DNA of 32,000 nucleotides from Ktedonobacterales bacterium (GTDB lineage: Bacteria; Chloroflexota; Ktedonobacteria; Ktedonobacterales; JADMIN01): NCBI GenBank assembly GCA_030167145.1, contig CP126532.1:4590001-4622000 (forward strand), written 5' to 3'. The notes under the pieces are model-generated. The model saw only the letters and a program-made list of their open reading frames with translations, had not been told where the DNA came from and made no database searches. The position numbers and the translations under genes were made by a program. Below, in pieces: positions 1 to 7,927 of the stretch. Each line of letters starts with the position of its first letter. Within the stretch, counting starts at the first letter, position 1.

Positions 1-479
1 TCGAACTCTACTCCTTCTCCAAGGCGTACAATATGGCGGGCTTCCGTATCGGCATGTTCGTCGGCAACGCCAGCATCGTCGAAGGCATGACTCGCCTCAA
101 GAGCAACATTGATACTGGCATTTTTCGCCCGATCCAGGTTGCCGCCATCCGTGCGCTGGCGCTGCCAGAGAGCTGGATCGCCGAGCGCAACGCCATCTAC
201 CAGCGCCGCCGTGACCGCATCGTCGCCGCCTGCCATCAGGCGGGCATGGCCGCGCCGCTGCCCAAAGCCGGCCTCTACGTCTGGCCGCGCATCCCCGCTG
301 GCCGCGTCTCCACCCAGTTCGCACTCGACCTGCTCGACTCCACCGGTGTCGCCGTCACTCCCGGCAGCAACTTCGGCCCAGGCGGAGAAGGCTACGTCCG
401 CATCTCGCTCACCGTACCCGACGCCCGCATTGACGACGCCGTCGCGCGCATCGCAGGCGCCGTCGCGTCCCTAGCGTGA
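1..479 (+). CDS. PLP-dependent class I/II aminotransferase, C-terminal part (5' end outside window); LL-diaminopimelate/aspartate aminotransferase-like
   Basis: Reading from nt 3 in the frame of ORF 33..479 gives ELYSFSKAYNMAGFRIG, the SxSKxxxMxGxR PLP-lysine motif of fold-type I aminotransferases. The C-terminal GxxFGxxGxGYVRISL block is present. TGA at 477-479. Confidence 0.85.
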   Translation, partial: ELYSFSKAYNMAGFRIGMFVGNASIVEGMTRLKSNIDTGIFRPIQVAAIRALALPESWIAERNAIYQRRRDRIVAACHQAGMAAPLPKAGLYVWPRIPAGRVSTQFALDLLDSTGVAVTPGSNFGPGGEGYVRISLTVPDARIDDAVARIAGAVASLA

Positions 480-500
480 CGCTCCCACTCCAATAGCAAT

Positions 501-543
501 CCCGTTCGACCACACTACCGGCAAGGCGCCATGGTCGAACGGG
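501..543. terminator. Hairpin between the convergent 3' ends of the aminotransferase gene and leuS
   Basis: Perfect 11-bp inverted repeat CCCGTTCGACC (501-511) / GGTCGAACGGG (533-543) with a 21-nt loop, sitting between the stops at 479 and 561. Flanking T-tracts are weak. Confidence 0.45.
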
Positions 544-560
544 ATTTCGCATCTATCCTG

Positions 561-3131
561 TTACGCTGTCACGATATTCACCAGACGTTCTGGCACATAG
601 ATTACCTGCCGTATTGGCGCATCCCCTATCGCCCGTCGCGCCTTCTCGGCGTCGCGCGCCATCTGTGTCACCTCCGCCTCAGTGGCTTCCGCCGCCACTT
701 CGACGCGGTCGCGCATCCGCCCATTCACCTGCACGATGATCGTCAGCGTCTCCGCACGCAGCGCACTCGCGTCCACCTCTGGCCAGCGCTGCGTGTGGAT
801 CGAACTTCTATGCCCCAGCCGGTGCCACAGTTCGTCCGTCACGAATGGCGCGAACGGCGCCAGCAGCAGCAGCAGCGTCTCGCTCTCTGCGCGTGTCACT
901 TGCTCCGCCCGCTCCAGCCCGTTCAGATATTTCATCAGCGCCGCGATTGCCGTGTTGTACTTCAGCGCCTCGGTATCCACCGTCACACGCTGGATCGTCG
1001 CATGTTGTATCCGCCGCGCCTCGCCGGTGGGCGCGTGCTTTGGCGCCGTTGCCGCGTGCGCCGTCACCAACTGCCACACGCGATCCAGGAAGCGCGTCAC
1101 CCCGCCCAGCCCGCGGTCAGTGAAGTCGCCGCCACTCTCATACGGCCCCATGAACATCAGATACGTGCGGAAAGCGTCTGCCCCGTGCTGCGCGATGTAG
1201 CCGTCCGGCGAGATATACGTCTCCGGGCGGCTCTTGCTGATCTTCATGCCATTCACCGTCATCATCCCGTTCGCCCGGAAGCGTGGGAATGGCTCCGCGA
1301 AGTCCAGATAGCCCAGATCATGCAGCGCCATAGTGATGAAGCGCACATACAACAGGTGCAGCACACTATGCTCAGCACCGCCAACATACATCTTTGCCGG
1401 CAGCCACTTCCGCGTCAGTTCCGGGTTCCACGGCTCCCGCTCATCGTCGCTCGATGGGTAGCGCAGGAAATACCACGCTGAATCCAGGAAGTTGTCGCTC
1501 ACATCCGTCTCGCGCCGCGCGGCCTTCCCGCAGATCGGGCACGTCGTATTGACGAACTCTCCGTCGGCGGCCAGCGGCGAAATACCTGTTCCCGTCGGGC
1601 GGTAGTCCTCCACATACGGCAGCACCACCGGCAACTGGTCCTCCGGCACGGGCACCGCGCCGTGGTCGGGACAATAGATAATCGGGATCGGCGGACCCCA
1701 ATACCGCTGGCGGCTAATCAGCCAGTCGCGCAGATGATATTTCACGCTGCGCACGCCGATGCCTCGCGCCTCCATCTCCGCCGCGATGGCCTCGCTCGCC
1801 TCCGCTGATGTCTGGCCCGTGTATGCGCCAGAGTTCACCAGCACCCCCACATCTGTAAACGCCTCCTGCGCCTCGTCACCAGCCATCTCGGCATCGTCGC
1901 TCACGCTAGCGGACCGCACCACCTGGCGCACCGGCAGCCCCATCGCCCGCGCGAATGCCCAGTCGCGCGCATCGTGCGCGGGCACCGCCATGATTGCTCC
2001 CGTCCCGTATTCCATCAGCACATAATCGCTGACCCACACCGGAACCTGCTCGCCCGTCAGCGGATGAATCGCATAGGCTCCCGTGAAGACACCCGTCACT
2101 GGACGCTCGACGCCTTCCTGCGTGCTGGCGGGCGCGCGCCGCGCCGCCGCGACATACGCCGCCACCGCCTCGCGATGCGCCGCATCCGCAATCTGCGCGA
2201 CGGCGGGATGCTCCGGCGCCAGCGCCACGAACGTCACGCCGAAGATCGTGTCGGGCCGCGTCGTATACACCCGCACACGCGTCTCAGGATGCCCCGCGAT
2301 TCGCATCGCGAACTCAACGCCGGTCGAGCGCCCAATCCAGTGGCGCTGCGCCGCCTTCACGCGCTCGCTCCAATCCAGCCAGTCCAGATTATCCAGCAGT
2401 TGGTCGGCATACTTGGTGATCTTGAAGTACCACTGCTCCAGTTCCCGCCGCTCGACGATGGCCCCGCAGCGCTCGCAATGCCCGTCAATGACCTGCTCAT
2501 CGGCCAGCACCGTCTTGTCATTCGGACACCAGTTGACCGCCCCTTTCTTGCGTTCAGCCAGCCCTGCCTTAAACAACTGCACGAAGATCCACTGCGTCCA
2601 GCGATAATATTCCGGATCCGTTGAACTGATTTCATGCGACCAGTCGAAGCGGTTGCCGATGCGCTGCAACTGCGCGCGAAAGTTGGCGATATTGCTTGCG
2701 GTCAGCGCCTTCGGGTGCTTGCCCTCTTTAATCGCGAAGTTCTCGCTGTGGATGCCAAACGCATCGAAGCCCATCGGCTCGAAGACATCGTAGCCGCGCA
2801 TTGCCTGCCAGCGGCCATGCACATCCGACCCGATATAGCTGTACATGTTCCCCACGTGCAGCCCCTCCGCCGAGGGATACGGGAACATCATCAGGTTGTA
2901 GTAGGGATTGCGTGCCCGCTCCAGATCCGGGCGATACAACCCGCGCTGCTCCCACTCCGCGCGCCACTTTGCCTCCACCACCGCCACATCATACGCGCGC
3001 TTGCTCGCATGCGCCGCTTTCCGTGGTTTCGCTGATGTTTGCTGCTTGCCCGTCACAGCGCGTGCGGCACGCGCTGGCGTGCGCGTCCCCCGCTCGTTCG
3101 TCGTCGGTTCTCGTACCGTGCCCTTTGCCAT
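561..3131 (-). CDS. leuS: Leucyl-tRNA synthetase
   Basis: Class I aaRS signatures: PYPSAEGLHVGN (HIGH-type region) and GMKISKSR (KMSKS), plus a full-length LeuRS-like sequence. I place the start at the ATG at 3131 (MAKGTV...), preceded by GAGAGGAGAC. The track ORF start at 3206 adds 25 implausible residues. Confidence 0.96.
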   Translation of the reverse strand: MAKGTVREPTTNERGTRTPARAARAVTGKQQTSAKPRKAAHASKRAYDVAVVEAKWRAEWEQRGLYRPDLERARNPYYNLMMFPYPSAEGLHVGNMYSYIGSDVHGRWQAMRGYDVFEPMGFDAFGIHSENFAIKEGKHPKALTASNIANFRAQLQRIGNRFDWSHEISSTDPEYYRWTQWIFVQLFKAGLAERKKGAVNWCPNDKTVLADEQVIDGHCERCGAIVERRELEQWYFKITKYADQLLDNLDWLDWSERVKAAQRHWIGRSTGVEFAMRIAGHPETRVRVYTTRPDTIFGVTFVALAPEHPAVAQIADAAHREAVAAYVAAARRAPASTQEGVERPVTGVFTGAYAIHPLTGEQVPVWVSDYVLMEYGTGAIMAVPAHDARDWAFARAMGLPVRQVVRSASVSDDAEMAGDEAQEAFTDVGVLVNSGAYTGQTSAEASEAIAAEMEARGIGVRSVKYHLRDWLISRQRYWGPPIPIIYCPDHGAVPVPEDQLPVVLPYVEDYRPTGTGISPLAADGEFVNTTCPICGKAARRETDVSDNFLDSAWYFLRYPSSDDEREPWNPELTRKWLPAKMYVGGAEHSVLHLLYVRFITMALHDLGYLDFAEPFPRFRANGMMTVNGMKISKSRPETYISPDGYIAQHGADAFRTYLMFMGPYESGGDFTDRGLGGVTRFLDRVWQLVTAHAATAPKHAPTGEARRIQHATIQRVTVDTEALKYNTAIAALMKYLNGLERAEQVTRAESETLLLLLAPFAPFVTDELWHRLGHRSSIHTQRWPEVDASALRAETLTIIVQVNGRMRDRVEVAAEATEAEVTQMARDAEKARRAIGDAPIRQVIYVPERLVNIVTA

Positions 3132-3261
3132 AGCACACGTCTCCTCTCTGCCGCGCCTGCCGCATCCAGAATGCGGGAGCGCGCAAACCAGGGGCCAGCG
3201 CCCCATACGCCGTTTGGCCGGATGCCACTCAATTTGAGCATCCGGCGGTTTTCAGAGAGGG

Positions 3262-3564
3262 CGGCAGGCAAACAAAAACGCCCTCCGCCCCGACAAGGGC
3301 GAAAGGCGCACATCAGCCAACCTTCGCGTTACCACCTTGCTTCGTGGCTGCCTCGCGGCAACCACCTCTGAGGGTGCCAACACACCCCGACTCGCTAACG
3401 GGAGTTCCCGGCGCCAGCTACTCCGTCCATCTAGGGAACATTTCACCGCGCGGCTTCCGAGGGAGCTTCGGTCCGCGGCGACGCCAACTCGCACCACCCG
3501 CTGGCTCTCTGCGCTCGCGGCAAGACCTACTATCCTCGTTCATCGCATCTGCTCTTCGATTGTT
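3262..3564 (-). promoter_or_regulatory. T-box leader RNA (tRNA-sensing riboswitch) controlling leuS
   Basis: On the minus strand:
- a GCGAUGAACGAGGAUAGUAGG stem-I base;
- an AGAGAG bulge and a GGUGGUGCGA distal-loop-like segment;
- the T-box sequence AAGGUGGUAACGCG (plus-strand coordinates 3325-3338), whose UGGU can pair with the ACCA tRNA end;
- a strong terminator.
CUC codons occur in the candidate specifier region (about 3460-3470), but I did not fold it. Confidence 0.8.
3270..3308 (-). terminator. Intrinsic terminator of the leuS T-box leader
   Basis: Minus-strand RNA: CGCCUUUCGCCC-UUGUCG-GGGCGGAGGGCG (12-bp stem including two G.U pairs, 6-nt loop; 3279-3308), followed by UUUUUGUUU (3270-3278). 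Confidence 0.8.
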
Positions 3565-3570
3565 CCATAC

Positions 3571-3599
3571 ACTATATCATACAATCGCCCCAAACGCAA
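3571..3599 (-). promoter_or_regulatory. Sigma70-like promoter for the leuS T-box leader
   Basis: Minus strand: TTGCGT (3594-3599), 17-nt spacer, TGaTATAGT extended -10 (TATAGT = 3571-3576). It is positioned just upstream of the stem-I base. Confidence 0.55.
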
Positions 3600-3630
3600 C
3601 CATCTACCGCGCTCGCACATGAGCGCCCCC

Positions 3631-3660
3631 TTGACACGCCACAACCGGGCGTGCCACAAT
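3631..3660 (+). promoter_or_regulatory. Sigma70-like promoter for padR, back-to-back with the leuS leader promoter
   Basis: TTGACA (3631-3636), 18-nt spacer, TGcCACAAT (-10 at 3655-3660). This gives a ~40-nt 5' UTR before the ATG at 3707. Confidence 0.5.
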
Positions 3661-3671
3661 CATGGCGGCAT

Positions 3672-3703
3672 ACTCAATGTGTGAGTAGTGGCAAAGTGAG
3701 TAG
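3672..3703 (+). promoter_or_regulatory. Operator-like repeats in the padR 5' UTR
   Basis: The 8-bp direct repeat GTGAGTAG occurs at 3681-3688 and 3696-3703. An inverted pair ACTCA (3672-3676) / TGAGT (3682-3686) is also present. Both lie between the predicted TSS and the start codon. Confidence 0.3.
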
Positions 3704-3706
3704 CAT

Positions 3707-4264
3707 ATGTCCGAAGACCCTCACCCCGCGCTCGGCATCGAGCACGCGCTGCTGGGCCTGCTGCGCCAGCAGCCACGGCATGCCTACGAGTTGCACCAGC
3801 AACTGATCCAGGCCGCCGCCCTCGGCCTGGTGTGGCATCTCAAGCAAGGTCATCTCTACGCCTTGCTGGCAAAGCTGGAGGCAGCGGGCTATATCGCCAG
3901 CGCCACAGAGCCGCAGGGCACGCGCCCACCGCGCAAAATGTTGCGTCTCACCCCCGCCGGTGACGTCGCGTTCGCCGCATGGCTCGCCACGCCCGTCGCC
4001 CACGGGCGCGATTTCCGTTTAGAATTTCTCGCCAAGCTCTTCTTCGCCGCCCAGGAAGGAGCATCCACTGTGACCACACTGCTCGCGCACCAGCGCCACG
4101 CATGCCAGACCTGGCTACGTGACCTGCGTGCGCGCGGCGAAGCAGTGCGCGCCAATCGCCCATACGACCAACTTGTCCTTGAGTTCCGCATCGGCCAGAT
4201 CGAAGCGATCCTGCCCTGGCTGGACCGCTGTGAAGCCGCGCTCGCCACACCAGCGCTGCGCTAA
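3707..4264 (+). CDS. PadR-family transcriptional regulator (long form with C-terminal domain)
   Basis: N-terminal winged helix typical of PadR: LLGLLRQQPRHAYELHQQL...GHLYALLAKLEAAGYI...RKMLRLTPAG. About 185 aa. Confidence 0.85.
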   Translation: MSEDPHPALGIEHALLGLLRQQPRHAYELHQQLIQAAALGLVWHLKQGHLYALLAKLEAAGYIASATEPQGTRPPRKMLRLTPAGDVAFAAWLATPVAHGRDFRLEFLAKLFFAAQEGASTVTTLLAHQRHACQTWLRDLRARGEAVRANRPYDQLVLEFRIGQIEAILPWLDRCEAALATPALR

Positions 4265-4362
4265 CGTGTCATCCATCCCTTGGTCAATTCATCGCCAACG
4301 TCTTCCATACCGCCAAGACACGCCGAAAATCACGGCATAGTGTAGACGAGGAAACCCACTGT

Positions 4363-5244
4363 ATGCGACATCGCTCCACGCGCGCCGCCTCCATATTCTG
4401 CCGCCGTTCTTCCGGCGCTGCCATCATCCTGCCGCTCCTGCTCACGCTGCTCCTCAGCGCATGTAACGGGCCAAGCGGCGCGGCATCCAGCCAGCCCGTC
4501 ACCCTCAACGTCTTTGCCGCCGCCTCACTTCAGGCTGCCTTCACCGACATCGGCGACGCCTTCCATACCGCGCACCCAAACGTCACCGTCACCTTCAACT
4601 TTGGCGGCTCCGATGCGCTGGCCACACAGATCAACCAGGGCGCGCCCGCCGATGTCTTTGCCTCAGCCAACATCAAGCAGATGAACGTCGCCGTCCAGGG
4701 CGGCCAGATCACCAGTTCCAGCGTGCAGACCTTCGCGCACAACCGCCTGGTCGTCATCTATCCCAAGAACAACCCCGCGCACATCGCCACCCTGCAAGAC
4801 CTGGCGAAGACCGGAGTGCATCTTGTCCTCGCGGCGCAGGCGGTTCCGGTAGGCCAGTACGCGCTCGATTTCCTCACCAAAGCCAGCGCCGACCCGTCCT
4901 TCGGCGCGAGCTACAAGGACGCCGTGCTCAAGAATGTCGTGTCCTATGAGGCAGATGTCAAATCCGTCCTGACCAAGGTGGCGCTGGGCGAGGCCGATGC
5001 GGGCATCGTCTACATTACCGACGCCAAAACGAAGGCAGACAGTGTCACCACGATTGACATTCCCGATGCGCTCAACTCAATTGCGGTCTATCCCATCGCC
5101 CCCGTCAAAGGCTCGCAACGTGCCGATGTCGCCCAGCAATTCATCAGTGCCGTCCTCTCCGCCCAGGGGCAGGCGACGCTGGCGAAATACGGCTTTGTTG
5201 CGGGCAGTTCCGGGCCTCAGTACACGCCGCCAGCAGGCGCATAA
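4363..5244 (+). CDS. modA: Molybdate ABC transporter substrate-binding lipoprotein
   Basis: Signal peptide with a LLLSAC lipobox, then the ModA hallmark LNVFAAASL...FNFGGSDALATQINQGAPADVFASAN. GAGGA RBS upstream. Confidence 0.9.
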   Translation: MRHRSTRAASIFCRRSSGAAIILPLLLTLLLSACNGPSGAASSQPVTLNVFAAASLQAAFTDIGDAFHTAHPNVTVTFNFGGSDALATQINQGAPADVFASANIKQMNVAVQGGQITSSSVQTFAHNRLVVIYPKNNPAHIATLQDLAKTGVHLVLAAQAVPVGQYALDFLTKASADPSFGASYKDAVLKNVVSYEADVKSVLTKVALGEADAGIVYITDAKTKADSVTTIDIPDALNSIAVYPIAPVKGSQRADVAQQFISAVLSAQGQATLAKYGFVAGSSGPQYTPPAGA

Positions 5245-5265
5245 GCACGAGAAGGGCTGACAGCC

Positions 5266-6201
5266 GTGCCCCATCCACCGGAGGAACTGACCCTCACGCC
5301 ACAGCCAGAGCACACCTTTCCGCCGCTCAGCGGTGCGGAGCGCGCCACGCCGCGCCACTCCGCCCCACCGGCCAGCCCGCCGCGTGCGTCCGTCTGGCAG
5401 AGCCGCCGCTGGTGGCGGCAGTTCCTCCTCGTGCTGGCCAGCCTGCCGATGTTGCTCTTCATTCTGCTGCCGCTGCTGGCGTTGCTGCTCCGCGTGACAC
5501 CCGCTGAACTGCTGGACAATCTGCTCAACCCTATGGCCGCGCAGGCGATTCAGCTCAGCATCTCCACCACCCTGACGACGCTGGTCATCACGATCATCGG
5601 TGGAACACCGCTCGCATATCTGCTGGCGCGCCGCCGCTTTCGTGGGCATACCCTGCTCGACACGCTGATTGACCTGCCGATTGTGCTGCCACCCGCTGTC
5701 GCGGGCATCGCGCTACTGGTCGCCTTCGGGCGGCGTGGCCTGCTCGGCTCCTGGCTCGACATCTTCGGTATTCACCTCGCCTTCACACCCATCGCCGTCG
5801 TGCTGGCGCAGACCTTCGTCGCCGCGCCCTTCTATATCAAGAGCGCCAGTGTGGCATTCGCGGGCGTAGACCGCGAATTGGAGCAATCTGCCGCGCTCGA
5901 CGGCGCTGGACCGCTCGCCATCTTTCGCTACATCACTGTGCCATTGACCCTCCCCGCACTCTTTGGCGGCGCGGTGATGACCTGGGCGCGCGCCCTCGGC
6001 GAGTTCGGCGCGACGATCATCTTCGCCGGCAACTTCCCTGGCCGCACGCAAACGATGCCGCTCGCCATCTATCTCGGCTTCGAGCTAGACCTTCAGGTAG
6101 CGCTCGCTCTGGCCCTGGTACTGCTGGTGCTCTCCTTCGGCATCCTCTTCATCGTCAAGGGCTTGCTCCACCAGCGCGTCGAAGCCATACGTGTATCATG
6201 A
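5266..6201 (+). CDS. modB: Molybdate ABC transporter permease
   Basis: ModB/CysTW-type permease core (LIDLPIVLPPAVAGIALLVAFGRRG; EAA-loop-like SAALDGAGP...F). GTG start at 5266 with a ~60-aa Pro/Ala-rich N-terminal extension. No in-frame ATG occurs before the first TM segment, so the exact start is uncertain. Confidence 0.85.
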   Translation: MPHPPEELTLTPQPEHTFPPLSGAERATPRHSAPPASPPRASVWQSRRWWRQFLLVLASLPMLLFILLPLLALLLRVTPAELLDNLLNPMAAQAIQLSISTTLTTLVITIIGGTPLAYLLARRRFRGHTLLDTLIDLPIVLPPAVAGIALLVAFGRRGLLGSWLDIFGIHLAFTPIAVVLAQTFVAAPFYIKSASVAFAGVDRELEQSAALDGAGPLAIFRYITVPLTLPALFGGAVMTWARALGEFGATIIFAGNFPGRTQTMPLAIYLGFELDLQVALALALVLLVLSFGILFIVKGLLHQRVEAIRVS

Positions 6202-6216
6202 GAGGACGGAATCACC

Positions 6217-6423
6217 ATGGAACTCAGCGCACGCAACCAACTGAGCGGAACGATCACAGATGTCAAGCTGGGCACGATCATGGCCGAGGTCACGGTTGAT
6301 ATCGGCGGTCAGACGCTCGTCTCCGTCATTACGCGCGGCTCTGCTGAGCGCCTGAACCTCAAGGCAGGCGATACGGTGACAGTCATCATCAAGGCAACCG
6401 AGATCATGCTAGGGAAGAACTGA
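6217..6423 (+). CDS. mop: Stand-alone molybdopterin-binding Mop (TOBE) domain protein (molbindin)
   Basis: 68 aa: SARNQLSGTITDVKLGTIMAEVTVDIGG...LVSVITRGSAERLNLKAGDTVTVIIKATEIML. This is the single Mop/TOBE fold pattern. RBS GAGAGGA. It starts 16 nt after the modB stop. Confidence 0.85.
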   Translation: MELSARNQLSGTITDVKLGTIMAEVTVDIGGQTLVSVITRGSAERLNLKAGDTVTVIIKATEIMLGKN

Positions 6424-6697
6424 CCGCGCCACGTCCGACAACAAGAGACTGGGAACACCGCCGACCCTCCATGCGTCAATTCTTAAGAGGGCCTGCGTCT
6501 GTTGCGCTGTTGCCATCATCACCCATCATCACGCGCGCTAAACCGGGATGAGCCGTGGCCTAGATGCCGCGAGCTTCCCCTATCACCCAACTCGCCACCC
6601 ATTGTGCTCTCGCCATAGGATGCGTTGGGACATTCATGCCGCGAAGCCAGCAACTGCCGCGGCCCGCGCATGACCGCTATGCCGCGCCGGGATCGCG

Positions 6698-6706
6698 TGC
6701 TATACT
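6698..6706 (+). promoter_or_regulatory. Candidate extended -10 promoter for the surface-protein gene
   Basis: TGcTATACT (TATACT = 6701-6706), ~80 nt upstream of the ATG at 6787. There is no convincing -35. Confidence 0.3.
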
Positions 6707-6786
6707 ATTGCACGCTGGCAGGTCAGCAGCGCATAGGCCACTGGCATGCGGCAGCCGAATACACCGATGCAGAGGAGAATGGGCGC

Positions 6787-7875
6787 ATGAAGGGGTTCGT
6801 TGGACGGGAAAGGCATCGCGGAATGCGCAAGGACTACCGACTGAGCGTGCATGTGCTGGCGCTACTTGCACTGGCGTTCGCCAGCATCATGGCATTCTGC
6901 GTCCCCACGCCAAGTGCCGCCGCACAGCCGTTCGACGACCCCACGCTCACCATCGTCACGCCCGCCCCGCAGAACGGTGTCGCTGAAGGTCCGGTCGGCA
7001 CACGTATCACCATCCAGGCGGCCAACCTCACTCCGGGCGATGCCTTCCAGCTTGGCTACACCACCCAGGATTCCAGTTGCGCCAGCGTCTTCCAGCCGTT
7101 GAGCGGCGCCACCGCCGATGCGGACAGCTCGGGCGCATTCACACAGACGATCATCTGGCCCACCTCGCTTGCCTCCATCGGCACAGCCTACTATCTCTGT
7201 GCGCAAGATACCGCCCAGGATGCCACCCTGCCAATAGTGCAAAGTAGCGCCACCTTCCGCGTGGATGCCTCCTCACCACCAGTCGTCACCCTGCGCGACT
7301 CGCTTCCCCCTGGCGCATCCTCCGCCACCAGCACACCCGTCGCCGGACCCAGCAGCACACTCTACCCAGGCGGCCAGGTGACGGTTGTCGGCAACAACTA
7401 TGTGCCCGCTGGCGTGACCCTGATCGCCGTGCTCTCCACGAAAATCATCAACTCACCCAATCAACTCAACAGCACGATCAGCCTCAGCACCACCAATCAG
7501 CAACCCATCGTCACCACCGGTAGCGAGATCACCGCCACCGTTGCCATCCCAAGCGATATCCAGCGTGGCTCCTACCAACTCTATCTCATCTCCACTGATG
7601 GCGGCATCGGCATGCCATCGCTGCTGGCGCATACCAGCGTCAAAGTAGCGCTTCCCCCTACGCCCACCATTGCCCCCACCGTCACGGTCGCCATCCCCAC
7701 CGCCACACCCCCAGGCGGCACAGGTGGCGGAGGTGGTGGCGGCACGATGAAGCTGCTCAGCATTGTCGGGCTAGCCGGGCTGAGCGTCCTGCTCTTCGTC
7801 CTTGGCGTCATCCTGCTTGCCTCTGGCGCGTCTGGCGGCGCGCCCGGACCGCAACCCCCCCGCGATCGGTATTGA
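6787..7875 (+). CDS. Cell-surface protein: signal peptide, two Ig/IPT-like beta-rich domains, Pro/Thr-poly-Gly linker, C-terminal TM anchor
   Basis: I chose the ATG at 6787 (MKGFVGRE...) because GAGGAG lies 11-16 nt upstream and a signal peptide follows (LALLALAFASIMAFCVPTPSAAAQ). The C terminus reads PTPTIAPTVTV..PPGGTGGGGGGGT followed by the hydrophobic helix LLSIVGLAGLSVLLFVLGVILLA. No family was recognised. Confidence 0.65.
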   Translation: MKGFVGRERHRGMRKDYRLSVHVLALLALAFASIMAFCVPTPSAAAQPFDDPTLTIVTPAPQNGVAEGPVGTRITIQAANLTPGDAFQLGYTTQDSSCASVFQPLSGATADADSSGAFTQTIIWPTSLASIGTAYYLCAQDTAQDATLPIVQSSATFRVDASSPPVVTLRDSLPPGASSATSTPVAGPSSTLYPGGQVTVVGNNYVPAGVTLIAVLSTKIINSPNQLNSTISLSTTNQQPIVTTGSEITATVAIPSDIQRGSYQLYLISTDGGIGMPSLLAHTSVKVALPPTPTIAPTVTVAIPTATPPGGTGGGGGGGTMKLLSIVGLAGLSVLLFVLGVILLASGASGGAPGPQPPRDRY

Positions 7876-7927
7876 TATTCGCGAAAACTGGGTGTTGGCG
7901 ATACGGGAACAGGTTGAAACTGTTGGG

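Noticed and set aside
531-3035. Plus-strand ORFs overlapping leuS (531..1481 of 316 aa, 1974..2624 of 216 aa, 2083..2607, 2634..3035 and others)
   Set aside because: They are antisense to a full-length, motif-bearing leuS. Their translations are Arg/His/Pro/Leu-rich with no recognisable motifs and no RBS, which is typical of shadow ORFs in high-GC DNA.
4265-4362. Moco riboswitch upstream of modA
   Set aside because: The gap is only 98 nt. I could not find the conserved Moco-motif stems or loops in it. This was not tested with a covariance model.
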